This document shows positions 55,844-64,000 of a stretch of 64,000 nucleotides of DNA, one piece after another (position 1 is the first letter of the stretch; each line of letters opens with the position of its first letter). Source of the stretch: an uncultured Candidatus Saccharibacteria bacterium. GTDB lineage: Bacteria; Patescibacteriota; Minisyncoccia; Phycocordibacterales; CAZTPW01. The position numbers and the translations under genes were made by a program. Where the stretch lies: assembly GCA_964615725.1 (NCBI GenBank), contig CAZTPW010000002.1, positions 5,656-69,655 of the forward strand, in the 5' to 3' direction. A model generated the notes under the pieces. The model saw nothing but the letters and a program-made list of their open reading frames with translations. It was not told where the DNA came from and did not search any database.

Positions 55844-55898
55844 ACCTGATCCCTTGGTTTTATTCATTGTTTTTATTATATTTGGTATAATTCTTTCT

Positions 55899-56459
55899 AT
55901 GAAGAAAACAACGATAATTATTATTGCAGTAGTGGTTATTTTAGGACTTTGGGTTGGAGTGAAGTACAACTCTCTCGTGACTGCGCGTGAGTCGATCGAC
56001 GCACAGTGGTCACAGGTTCAGGCACAATATCAGCGACGTTTCGATCTCATTCCAAACGTTGTAAATGCTGTAAAGGGTGCTATGAAGCAAGAGACAGCCA
56101 TTTTTACTCAGCTTGCAAATGCCCGAGCACAGTATCTTTCTGCTAAAACACCAGCAGATCAGGAGGCGGCAGCTCAGTCTGGCGATCAGGCACTTTCAAA
56201 GTTTTTGGCAGTAATTGAGAATTATCCTCAGCTTAAGTCTATTGATGCTGACCGCGACCTCATTGTGGAGCTTGAAGGTACAGAAAATCGCATTGGTGTT
56301 GAGCGAAAGAAATACAACGAGACCGTAAAAGAGTACAACCTTGGAGTTTCTCGATTCCCAGGCTCTATCATTGCGGGAATCTTCAACTTCGACATAAAGG
56401 AATACCTCAAAGCGGACGCGGCGGCGCAGACAGCACCGAAAGTTGACCTCACAAACTAA
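55899..56459 (+). CDS. lemA: LemA family protein
   Basis: Start at the ATG at 55899 (MKKTTIIIIAVVVILGLWV), an N-terminal TM followed by the LemA core (YNSLVTARESIDAQWSQVQAQYQRRFDLIPN). Confidence 0.85.
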   Translation: MKKTTIIIIAVVVILGLWVGVKYNSLVTARESIDAQWSQVQAQYQRRFDLIPNVVNAVKGAMKQETAIFTQLANARAQYLSAKTPADQEAAAQSGDQALSKFLAVIENYPQLKSIDADRDLIVELEGTENRIGVERKKYNETVKEYNLGVSRFPGSIIAGIFNFDIKEYLKADAAAQTAPKVDLTN

Positions 56460-56460
56460 C

Positions 56461-57399
56461 ATGAAGCTCGGAGCTCGTATCATTGGAGTCGTTTTTGGAC
56501 TTCTCCTCTTGGGTGCGGGCTCTTTGCCTGTCTGGGCCTATGAGATTCCACAAAATCCTACACAACCCGTCTATGATTTTGCCGGTGTCTTGAGCCCATC
56601 CCAAGAAGCAACCCTTTCAGAAAAACTCACCGCCTTGTATCAAACAGGGAAGGGTGTGATGGTTATTCTTACCATCCCTTCACTCGACGGTCAGTCAATC
56701 GAAGAGCTCTCACATTCGATTGCAACGAAATGGGGAATCGGTGACAAAAAAGAAAGTAACGGTTTTCTTATTCTCGTCGCCCCTTCCGACAAACAGATTC
56801 GCTACGAAGTTGGATATGGTCTCGAGCCTTATGTGACTGACATCCAAACAAGTATCGTGCATCGAGATATTGTTGTTCCGGCATTTCGAGCCAACGATTA
56901 TTTTGGAGGACTCAACGGTGCGGTTGATGCCTTTATTGCTGCTATCGACAAAGGAGTCCCTATTTCAGAAAAATCATCATCAAAGGCACCTCTCGACAGA
57001 AATACCATTCCCGGTTTTCTCTGGTGGATTATCGGAATTCTTTTCAGTCCAGTAGGGCTTTTTGTGGTCGTGTGGCTTTCGGTGGTTCTTGGTCGTTCAC
57101 GATCATGGTGGCTTGGTGGTGTGATTGGCCTCATTGTAGGTTTTGTTTTTGGTGTGTTCTTTAGTATCACAATGGCGATTATTGGTGCGGTGGTATATAT
57201 GATGATTGGTCTCATCCTCGACCTTTTTGTGTCAAAGGCACACCAGAGGAGTGTTGCGACAGGTAATCCGCTTCCTTGGTGGGCTTCAGGATTTATTTCT
57301 GGTCGAAGCTCAGGTGGCCGATGGGGTGGGGGTGGCGGATTTGGCGGTGGTTTCGGTGGAGGAAGCTTTGGGGGTGGCGGATCGACAGGGCGCTGGTAA
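56461..57399 (+). CDS. TPM domain protein (YgcG-like) with C-terminal Gly-rich tail
   Basis: Signal/TM, then a TPM_phosphatase fold (YDFAGVLSPSQEATLSEKLTALYQTGKGVMVIL...FLILVAPSDKQIRYEVGYGLEP), a TM region and a GGGFGGGFGGGSFGGGG tail. Often paired with LemA. Confidence 0.8.
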   Translation: MKLGARIIGVVFGLLLLGAGSLPVWAYEIPQNPTQPVYDFAGVLSPSQEATLSEKLTALYQTGKGVMVILTIPSLDGQSIEELSHSIATKWGIGDKKESNGFLILVAPSDKQIRYEVGYGLEPYVTDIQTSIVHRDIVVPAFRANDYFGGLNGAVDAFIAAIDKGVPISEKSSSKAPLDRNTIPGFLWWIIGILFSPVGLFVVVWLSVVLGRSRSWWLGGVIGLIVGFVFGVFFSITMAIIGAVVYMMIGLILDLFVSKAHQRSVATGNPLPWWASGFISGRSSGGRWGGGGGFGGGFGGGSFGGGGSTGRW

Positions 57400-57415
57400 T
57401 TTTTTTCATCAACCA

Positions 57416-57856
57416 ATGAAATTTATTCGCATTATCTACATACTTTTAGCAATCGTTGCGGTGCTTTTTCTAGCGCGCGCACTCTTTTTTAAGGGAGATG
57501 GCACAAAAACGACGATTTCTATCAACAATACCCCAATTACCCTTATGCTCGCTCTCACCGATGAAGCACGTGCACAAGGATTGTCAGGCAAACCATCACT
57601 CGATACAGATCAAGGAATGTGGTTTGTGTTTCCCGAGTCAGGAAAGCAGGGGATTTGGATGAAGGATATGAAATTTCCCATTGACATTGCGTGGATTGAT
57701 GAAAATTTTGTAATTGTCGATATAAAAGAGCACGCACAACCAGAATCATACCCAGAAATTTTCTATCCAAAAGCAAATTCGCGATATGTTTTGGAGGTGA
57801 ACGATGGTTTCCTTCAAAAACATGCGATTAAAATTGGAGACCTCGTCAGTTTTTAA
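57416..57856 (+). CDS. DUF192 domain protein
   Basis: Start trimmed to the ATG at 57416 (MKFIRIIYILLAIVAVLF). The conserved DUF192 segment is QGLSGKPSLDTDQGMWFVFPESG...PIDIAWIDENFVIVD. Confidence 0.65.
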   Translation: MKFIRIIYILLAIVAVLFLARALFFKGDGTKTTISINNTPITLMLALTDEARAQGLSGKPSLDTDQGMWFVFPESGKQGIWMKDMKFPIDIAWIDENFVIVDIKEHAQPESYPEIFYPKANSRYVLEVNDGFLQKHAIKIGDLVSF

Positions 57857-58163
57857 AATGCACGAGTCAAAACAGCCAGCATTTGAGTCATTTTCTGTCG
57901 ACCTATTTTACAGAAAAGAAATTTTGTTTCGCGCTCGATTGTCCACAGGAATTTTTTAAAAAAAATTTCAATGCGAGGAGTAAAATAATGATTAGGAAGT
58001 TCTCTCGGCATATCGATGCCGGGTTTTTATTCCGACAAACAAGGGTTGTGTGAATGTGTCGTGTATTCACCACATCTCGAGGATGTTGGAACGAGGGTCT
58101 GAAGCCCTTATTCATCAAATTATTCATAAATGTGTATTGCAAGAGAGGCACTCACCGTTCATT

Positions 58164-60509
58164 ATGACCAAAAAAACAAAAAAAGAGGGTTCTGAGCAGA
58201 AAATTTCAGCAAAAAAAGAGAGACCAGCAAAAGCTTCAACGCTTATCAAGCAGGTAAAGAAGAGAGATGGACGCCTTGTGGCGTTTGATTTTTCTCGAAT
58301 TACCGGGGCGATCCATAAAGCAATGATGGATGCTCAGGAAGGCTCACTCCAAGAGGCGGAGCTTGTTGCTTATAAGGTCTTGGCTGACTTGGTAAAAATT
58401 GCCAAGAACCATAAAGACTTTGTTCCGCAGGTGGAGGGCATTCAGGACATGGTCGAGTATCAGCTGATGATGAGTGAGTACTTGAAGACAGCAAAAGCAT
58501 TCATCCTTTTCCGACAGGAGCGAGCGAAACTTCGTGAAAAAGGTATCCAGGTGCCAGAGCATGTCAAAAAACTTGCAGCAGAAAGTAAGAAAAGCTTTCG
58601 AAATGCACTCGGTGAATTTATTTACTACCGAACCTATTCGCGATGGATTGATGCAGAGGGTCGCCGAGAGACATGGGTGGAGACCGTCGATCGCTACATG
58701 GCGTTCATGAAAGAAAATCTCGGAGACAAACTCAAAGCCTCTGAATACAAAGAAGTCCGCGATGCAATTTTCAAACAAGAAGCGATGCCCTCAATGCGCC
58801 TTCTCCAGTTTGCTGGCCCAGCGGCACGAAAGAGTAATGTAACTGCCTACAACTGCTCATTCATTGCACCGTCGTGCTTCCAAGATTTTGCCGAAATCAT
58901 GGTGCTCTCAATGTCGGGTGCTGGTGTTGGTTTCTCAGCTGAGTCAAAAAATATTCAGCAACTTCCTATCATTGCTGAGCAGACAGGTGAGCGGGTAAAG
59001 TATGTTATCGAAGACAGTCGTGAAGGATGGGCCGATTCACTCTCATTTGGTATGAAAGCTTGGTACGAAGGAAAGGATGTTGATTTTGACTACTCACAGC
59101 TCCGACCTGCTGGAGCCCGTCTCAAGACAATGGGCGGCAAAAGCTCAGGTCCTGCGCCTCTCATGGATATTCACCAGTTTACTCGAGCAAAAATTCTCTC
59201 ACGACAAGGTCGTCGTCTATCCAACCTCGACGCTCACGACATCATCTGCAAAATTGGTGAAGGTGTCGTTTCTGGAGGAGTTCGACGTACAGCGCTCATT
59301 TCATTGTCCGATCTCTACGACGAAGCAATTCGAGATTCAAAGAAGGGTCAGTTTTATATGAGTGAGCCGCAGCGTTCTCTCGCAAACAACTCAGCGGTCT
59401 ACAACACCAAACCATCAAATGCTGAGTTTATGCGCGAGTGGCTCTCTCTTATGGAGTCAGGTTCAGGTGAACGAGGAATCTTCAACCGAGGTGGCCTCAA
59501 GACCACGATGCCAGAGCGACGAATTGCTCTTTCTACAAAACAGTGGGACAAGTTTGGAGTGAATCCTTGCGGAGAAATTATTTTGCGCTCAAAGCAGTTC
59601 TGTAACCTCACAGAAGTTGTGGCGCGATACGAAGACACCGTTGAGTCTCTCAAGCGCAAGATTCGTGTTGCTACCATTATTGGTACCTACCAATCATCAC
59701 TCACTGATTTCCCATATCTTTCACCAGAATGGAAGAAGAACTGCGAAGAGGAGCGACTCCTCGGTGTGTCAGTGACAGGTCAGTGGGATTGTCCGGCATT
59801 TCGTAAGCCTGAGGTGATGAAAGAACTCAAGGAAGAGGCGATTCGCGTAAACAAAATCTTTGCAAAGCGATTCGGCATCAATGAATCAGCATCGATCACC
59901 TGTGTGAAGCCTTCAGGAAATCTTTCTCAGACTGTAGACTGTTCTTCTGGGGTGCACACACGATTTGCGCCGTACTATATCCGACGAGTGCGAATCTCTG
60001 CGACGGACTCACTTTTCAAGATGCTCAAGGAGCAGGGCATTCAGTATCACCCAGAAGTTGGCCAGACTATGGAAAACGCTACGACCTATGTCATTGACTT
60101 CCCAGTCAGAGCACCAAAGGGTTCTATCTTCCGCGATCACCAAAATGCAATTCAGCAGCTCGAATACTGGAAGATGGTCAAGGAAAATTTCACCGAGCAC
60201 AATCCATCAACGACCGTCTACATCAAGGAACACGAATGGATTGAGGTGGGGAACTGGGTCTATCAGAATTGGGAAATTGTCGGCGGTCTCTCATTCCTTC
60301 CACATAGTGAGCATGTCTATCGACTCGCTCCTTACGAAGAAATTACCGAAGATCAGTTCAATCAACTCTCAAAGCGTTATGCTCACATCGACTTCTCAAA
60401 GATTGTGACCTACGAGCGAGCCGATGAGACAGAAGTGAAGAAAGAATTGGCGTGTGCTGGCGGAGTCTGCGAAATCGAAGCGGTGCCGGTAGAGTCAAAG
60501 AAAGCCTAA
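58164..60509 (+). CDS. nrdJ: class II (adenosylcobalamin-dependent) ribonucleotide reductase with N-terminal ATP-cone
   Basis: ATP-cone (LIKQVKKRDGRLVAFDFSRITGAIHKAM...). Class-II active-site loop NPCGEI (VNPCGEIILRSKQFCNLTEV). No radical-generating partner is needed. Start at the ATG at 58164; the ORF-track 58050 start overlaps leader structures. Confidence 0.8.
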   Translation: MTKKTKKEGSEQKISAKKERPAKASTLIKQVKKRDGRLVAFDFSRITGAIHKAMMDAQEGSLQEAELVAYKVLADLVKIAKNHKDFVPQVEGIQDMVEYQLMMSEYLKTAKAFILFRQERAKLREKGIQVPEHVKKLAAESKKSFRNALGEFIYYRTYSRWIDAEGRRETWVETVDRYMAFMKENLGDKLKASEYKEVRDAIFKQEAMPSMRLLQFAGPAARKSNVTAYNCSFIAPSCFQDFAEIMVLSMSGAGVGFSAESKNIQQLPIIAEQTGERVKYVIEDSREGWADSLSFGMKAWYEGKDVDFDYSQLRPAGARLKTMGGKSSGPAPLMDIHQFTRAKILSRQGRRLSNLDAHDIICKIGEGVVSGGVRRTALISLSDLYDEAIRDSKKGQFYMSEPQRSLANNSAVYNTKPSNAEFMREWLSLMESGSGERGIFNRGGLKTTMPERRIALSTKQWDKFGVNPCGEIILRSKQFCNLTEVVARYEDTVESLKRKIRVATIIGTYQSSLTDFPYLSPEWKKNCEEERLLGVSVTGQWDCPAFRKPEVMKELKEEAIRVNKIFAKRFGINESASITCVKPSGNLSQTVDCSSGVHTRFAPYYIRRVRISATDSLFKMLKEQGIQYHPEVGQTMENATTYVIDFPVRAPKGSIFRDHQNAIQQLEYWKMVKENFTEHNPSTTVYIKEHEWIEVGNWVYQNWEIVGGLSFLPHSEHVYRLAPYEEITEDQFNQLSKRYAHIDFSKIVTYERADETEVKKELACAGGVCEIEAVPVESKKA

Positions 60510-60536
60510 GTCAAAATTAAAACAGGATTATTATAG

Positions 60537-60570
60537 AAAAAAGTGCGCCGAGAATTCGGCGCACTTTTGC
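60537..60570. terminator. bidirectional rho-independent terminator
   Basis: aaaagtgcgccga-gaat-tcggcgcactttt, a perfect 13-bp stem flanked by an A-run and a T-run. Sits between convergent nrdJ and the small minus-strand ORF. Confidence 0.8.
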
Positions 60571-60588
60571 GGCAATGAGAGTTTGTGC

Positions 60589-60798
60589 TCAGGGGAGATC
60601 TGTATCGTAGGGACCCAAGTCAATTCTAGCAGCGTTCTTTCGGTCTCGGTGTTGTATATGAGACCCCCACACAAAAATTGAGACAATAAGTAGTGCCAAC
60701 ATCACAAACACTGCCTTGCTGTTCTGGACTATTGCTGCGAAAAGCATGAAGGTGCCAAAAAGTGCAAAGAGGATGATGAAGCAAAAATCAAATAGCAT
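60589..60798 (-). CDS. hypothetical small membrane protein
   Basis: 69 aa with two hydrophobic helices. Bracketed by terminators on both sides. Confidence 0.4.
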   Translation of the reverse strand: MLFDFCFIILFALFGTFMLFAAIVQNSKAVFVMLALLIVSIFVWGSHIQHRDRKNAARIDLGPYDTDLP

Positions 60799-60849
60799 AA
60801 ACGTAACCTTTCAATTCCAATTGAATACTATTTATAGATTTTTGTAAAG

Positions 60850-60878
60850 AAAATCCCCGCGTTTGAAGCGGGGATTTT
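60850..60878 (-). terminator. rho-independent terminator of rnpB
   Basis: aaaatccccgc-gtttgaa-gcggggatttt. On the minus strand the hairpin is followed by a T-run, directly after the RNase P RNA 3' end. Confidence 0.8.
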
Positions 60879-60884
60879 CATATG

Positions 60885-61216
60885 CTTTGTATCTATAAGC
60901 CGAATTTTGTACTCGCAAAAGCGATGATCATTTATCTGGGCCAGCCGTTACCGTCTGGCTCAAGCGGCACTCTTCATCACCGAAGCGATGAAGCACGACC
61001 TTGCACGTGGGTAAGAATTTAGCCGTTGCACCCTCCGTATTGCTACGAAGACTCGTCTCTGTTCGCATCTCTTGGATTGCTCCAGACGGGCGTTACCCGC
61101 TACCTTGCTGATTCTGTGTTGCCACAGAGTTCACGTGTTCGGACTTTCCTCACGAAAGATAGGGAACTCGCTTGGGGCAAGCTATGTCTCACGCGCGATC
61201 ATCCAATACAAAGACC
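60885..61216 (-). ncRNA. rnpB: RNase P RNA (bacterial type A)
   Basis: The minus-strand read contains the P4 5' strand GAGGAAAGTCCGAAC. It also has CAGCAAGGTAGCGGGTAACGCCCGTCTGGAGCAATCC (compare the E. coli M1 segment GGTAACGCCTGGG). The P4 3' strand reads GGCCCAGATAAATGATCATCGC...ACAAAATTCGGCTTA (compare GGCCTAGATGAATGA...ACAGAACCCGGCTTA). P1 pairing joins GGGTCTTTGTAT (5') with ATACAAAG (3'). Length ~330 nt. Confidence 0.9.
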
Positions 61217-61221
61217 CTACT

Positions 61222-61250
61222 ATTATATCACGAATATTGCTAGTATGCAA
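61222..61250 (-). promoter_or_regulatory. sigma70 promoter of rnpB
   Basis: Minus strand TTGCAT (complement of 61245-61250), a 17-nt spacer and TATAAT (complement of 61222-61227). The transcript would start ~6-7 nt downstream at the predicted 5' end of P1. Confidence 0.75.
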
Positions 61251-61357
61251 ACGTGAGGGAAGTGCCGTTACCCACAAGGACTTATTCGTTGATGGAATAT
61301 GCCTATTTCTATATAATAAAGCCACTTAGTAGAGTATAGAGCGATAGCACATTAATC

Positions 61358-63691
61358 ATGAACACCATCGTAACAACCCGGCTTTTCAAAGTTTTCCTTT
61401 TATTCATCTTCCTTCTTCCAATTTTCATCATTCCTCAGAGTTCATTCTTTGTTGCGAAGGGTGTCTACAGTCTTCTTGGTGGAGGTATCCTCGCGAGTTT
61501 GTGGCTTTTTGAAAAGTGGAAAAAGCCAGTTTTTGAGATTCCAAAAAACATTTCATTCTGGCTTCTTTGGATCATTCCTGTTTTTGCTGCGTTTGCGTCG
61601 CTCGTACAAAAGACAGGTACGCTCGGTTTTTTTGGTCAGAGTTTCGAGCCTGGTACTGTGATCGCTCTTTTCCTCGGTGCGTGTATCGCAAGCGTTACGC
61701 TCGCACTTCTCAAAACACGTCAAAATATCGCAACCCTCTACTTCGTGGTGCTCGGTTCTTCGCTCGCTATCGCACTCTTCCAACTCGTCAAGATTCTCCT
61801 TGGCACTCATATGCCAACCTTCGGTATTCTTTCAGGTAATGCAGCCAATCTCCTTGGTAAGATCAATGAATTCTCAATCTTCTTCGGTCTTGCAACCATT
61901 ATTTCAATGCTCGTTTTCTCACTCCTTCCGCTTCGTAAGGGGCAGAAAATTCTCACGAGCATTTTCCTCGGCGTTTCGCTCATCTTCCTCGCTTGGGCAA
62001 ATTTTGCCTATGTAACTATTGCAGTCGGAGTTTTTGCAATTGTTTCAGCGGTCATTACTTACATGAAGACAAAGAAGATCTCGTACCCATCGCTCACTGT
62101 GGTGGTGGTGTCGATTCTTATTTTCTTCTTTGGTGCCACAGTTTTTGGATACCTAGGTACAAAAGTATCTGATCGCTTTATCGTATCGCAGGTTGAGATC
62201 TCTCCAACGATGCTCCAGACACTTTCGATTGGTTGGAACGTTGCAAAGAGTCATCCTCTCACTGGAGCCGGTGCAAATAGCTTCACCAACGCATGGCTTA
62301 TGCATAAGCCTGATTCAATCAATCTTGACCCACTCTGGTATCTCGATTTCGGATTTGGGAAAGGTCTTATTCCGACATACCTCACAACATTTGGACCAAT
62401 CGGTTTTCTTCTCGCAATTCTTCTCCTCGTTTCTCTAGCCCTCCTTGCCATCAAGGCACTTCGTCTCAAAGAGCTTGATGCAACCGCTCGCTTTATGGTT
62501 CTTGCTTCGGTGGTGACTGCTGTATACCTCTGGCTCTTCCATGTGATTTATGTGCCTACTCACGTACTCTTTATCCTCACCTTTGTCTTTACTGGTGTAT
62601 TATTTGCAACGCTCAAGCAACACAATCTTCTCTCAATCAAGACCATCGATCTAACAGGTGCACCCTCAGGTGAGGGGGTTGCTAAAAAATACTGGCCGAT
62701 CGGTTTGGTTGGCTGTGTTGTGCTGATCCTGACCCTTCTCATTACGTGGGCAGGAATTTCACGTGTTTCGGCAAGTTATTATTATCAAGCAGCACTCGCA
62801 CAGACCCCAAATACCGAAGGTGTTGTAAAAGCCGAGACTTACCTCAGAAAGGCAATAGCAAAGTATCCAAGCGATGATTATTTCCGTGCCCTTACCCAGA
62901 TTGACCTCGCAAAGATTTCTACTCTCGTTGAAACAGCAACTGCTCAAAAGAAAAAGAATGAAGAAATCGTTCCTATTATCAAACCAATTGTTGATGATGC
63001 AGTCTTGAATGCAAACAGTGCTATCTTTCAGAATCCAAAAAATTACCTGAACTATCTCAATATCGCTCAAGTCTATTCACTTGCTCTTTCTCCAGAAAAT
63101 AAAGAGGCATATGCCCAGACGCTCGATGCATATCAGAAGGCACTCGCAATCAACCCAAAAAACCCTTCAATTGTTTTCTCAATCGCTCAGCTCGATGCTT
63201 CAATGGGTGACGCTGCAAAGACAAAAGCCAACATTATCGAAGCTATTCGTCTCAAACCAAACTACTCTGAGGCTGTCTATGCTCTCTACCAGATTCAGGC
63301 TTCGGAAAATGATTCAAATGGAATGTTGAATTCCCTCGTGGCACTCGCTCTCATCAACCCTGGCGACCCAACAATTCACTTCCAGCTCGGGTATCTCCTT
63401 TACACCCTCAAGGATGACAAAAATGCCTCTCGAGCGTTTTCTGAGGCGATAAAGATTGATCCATCATACTCAAATGCTCGCTACTTCCTCGCTATTCTTC
63501 TCGCGCGAAATGGCAGCAAAGAAGAGGCGCTCAATCAGTTGAGTATTATTAAATCTCTCAACCCAGACAACAAGGAAATTGACTCGATGATTGCAAACAT
63601 CAAAGCCGGGCATGATCCACTCAACAAAGTCAAAGAACCAGCAAAGCCACCAGTACAAACTCCTAAAGCTCCAGTAAAGAAAAGGAAATAA
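61358..63691 (+). CDS. O-antigen ligase-like (Wzy_C) polytopic membrane protein fused to C-terminal TPR repeats
   Basis: ~12 TMs with the O-antigen-ligase loop motif (AKSHPLTGAGANSFTNAWLMH), then a ~330-aa TPR-like soluble domain and a Lys/Pro-rich tail. Confidence 0.7.
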   Translation: MNTIVTTRLFKVFLLFIFLLPIFIIPQSSFFVAKGVYSLLGGGILASLWLFEKWKKPVFEIPKNISFWLLWIIPVFAAFASLVQKTGTLGFFGQSFEPGTVIALFLGACIASVTLALLKTRQNIATLYFVVLGSSLAIALFQLVKILLGTHMPTFGILSGNAANLLGKINEFSIFFGLATIISMLVFSLLPLRKGQKILTSIFLGVSLIFLAWANFAYVTIAVGVFAIVSAVITYMKTKKISYPSLTVVVVSILIFFFGATVFGYLGTKVSDRFIVSQVEISPTMLQTLSIGWNVAKSHPLTGAGANSFTNAWLMHKPDSINLDPLWYLDFGFGKGLIPTYLTTFGPIGFLLAILLLVSLALLAIKALRLKELDATARFMVLASVVTAVYLWLFHVIYVPTHVLFILTFVFTGVLFATLKQHNLLSIKTIDLTGAPSGEGVAKKYWPIGLVGCVVLILTLLITWAGISRVSASYYYQAALAQTPNTEGVVKAETYLRKAIAKYPSDDYFRALTQIDLAKISTLVETATAQKKKNEEIVPIIKPIVDDAVLNANSAIFQNPKNYLNYLNIAQVYSLALSPENKEAYAQTLDAYQKALAINPKNPSIVFSIAQLDASMGDAAKTKANIIEAIRLKPNYSEAVYALYQIQASENDSNGMLNSLVALALINPGDPTIHFQLGYLLYTLKDDKNASRAFSEAIKIDPSYSNARYFLAILLARNGSKEEALNQLSIIKSLNPDNKEIDSMIANIKAGHDPLNKVKEPAKPPVQTPKAPVKKRK

Positions 63692-63706
63692 TACCGCCGG
63701 GTATAT

Positions 63707-64000
63707 ATGGTAAAGAGCATACTGCGATACTTCAATAAAGAGATAAACGGCCTCCACGAGGCCGCATATCTTTTGGCAATCTTTGCCTTTTTGTCGCAGG
63801 TGTTGGCGCTGGTGCGTGAGAAGCTTCTCGCATATACGTTTGGTGCTACTCATGCACTCGATCTTTACAATGCATCGTTTCGCGTACCAGACATTGTGTT
63901 TGTATCGATTGCCTCGCTTGTTTCTGTTTCGGTTCTTGTGCCATTTTTGACGGAAAAACTTGAGCAGGGGAAAGATGAAACAAAACGTTTTGTGAATGGA
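63707..64000 (+). CDS. murJ: lipid II flippase MurJ (MviN), 5' partial (runs off window)
   Basis: ATG at 63707. The MurJ N-terminus is conserved: LAIFAFLSQVLALVREKLLAYTFGATHALDLYNASFRVPD. Confidence 0.7.
   Translation, partial: MVKSILRYFNKEINGLHEAAYLLAIFAFLSQVLALVREKLLAYTFGATHALDLYNASFRVPDIVFVSIASLVSVSVLVPFLTEKLEQGKDETKRFVNG

Noticed and set aside
57857-58163. Cobalamin riboswitch upstream of the B12-dependent RNR
   Set aside because: No B12-box (GCCACTG) or GGTG/AAxTCC core. B12 riboswitches typically control B12-independent isozymes, not nrdJ.
61026-61329. Two plus-strand ORFs (76 and 85 aa)
   Set aside because: They overlap the RNase P RNA gene on the opposite strand; spurious.

Overview
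This 64-kb window is ~46% GC and gene-dense, with short intergenic regions, almost no Shine-Dalgarno sequences, many small membrane-anchored proteins and an apparently monoderm envelope (no secretin in the pilus cluster). That profile fits a small-genome bacterium such as a Candidate Phyla Radiation / Patescibacteria lineage. Named features below are grouped by what they do.

**Type IV pilus and competence.** A ~12.5-kb supercluster at 7024-19479 carries comFC, pilM-N-O, a small secreted protein, pilB, a CheY-like regulator, pilT, pilC, two pilin genes, pilD and four minor pilins. It is followed by ligA.

**Housekeeping genes.** recG, gatCA, prfB (apparently without the programmed frameshift), ftsEX, pyrG, RNase J, secG, lemA, a class II ATP-cone ribonucleotide reductase, and the start of murJ.

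**Non-coding RNAs.** Nine tRNAs are present, including an unusual tRNA-Ile(UAU) with an adjacent 41-nt duplicate of its 3' half, and an initiator/elongator Met pair. A clear RNase P RNA lies on the minus strand with a textbook sigma70 promoter and intrinsic terminator. A GC-rich island after ligA is a candidate SRP RNA.

**Items worth a second look.**
- An AT-rich (~31-33% GC) gene block inserted next to tRNA-Gln.
- An isolated 57% GC outer-membrane-protein-like beta-barrel gene with a C-terminal Phe.
- A 120-bp nested perfect palindrome (MITE-like) between secG and lemA.
- A 46-nt perfect palindrome abutting tRNA-Ser.
- A promoter-plus-terminator 5' leader (riboswitch/attenuator candidate) in front of an MFS transporter.
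- A ~370-nt GC-rich structured region of unknown class between a 1323-aa multidomain surface protein and prfB.
- A membrane-anchored HEPN/DUF86-like protein.
- A small SET-domain / P-loop kinase / DUF1801 operon.

No CRISPR array, rRNA or obvious transposase was seen. Many ORF-track entries are N-terminally over-extended, because the track uses TTG/GTG starts and runs into tRNAs, or are antisense or overlap RNA genes; starts were trimmed to the first plausible ATG where the context supported it.
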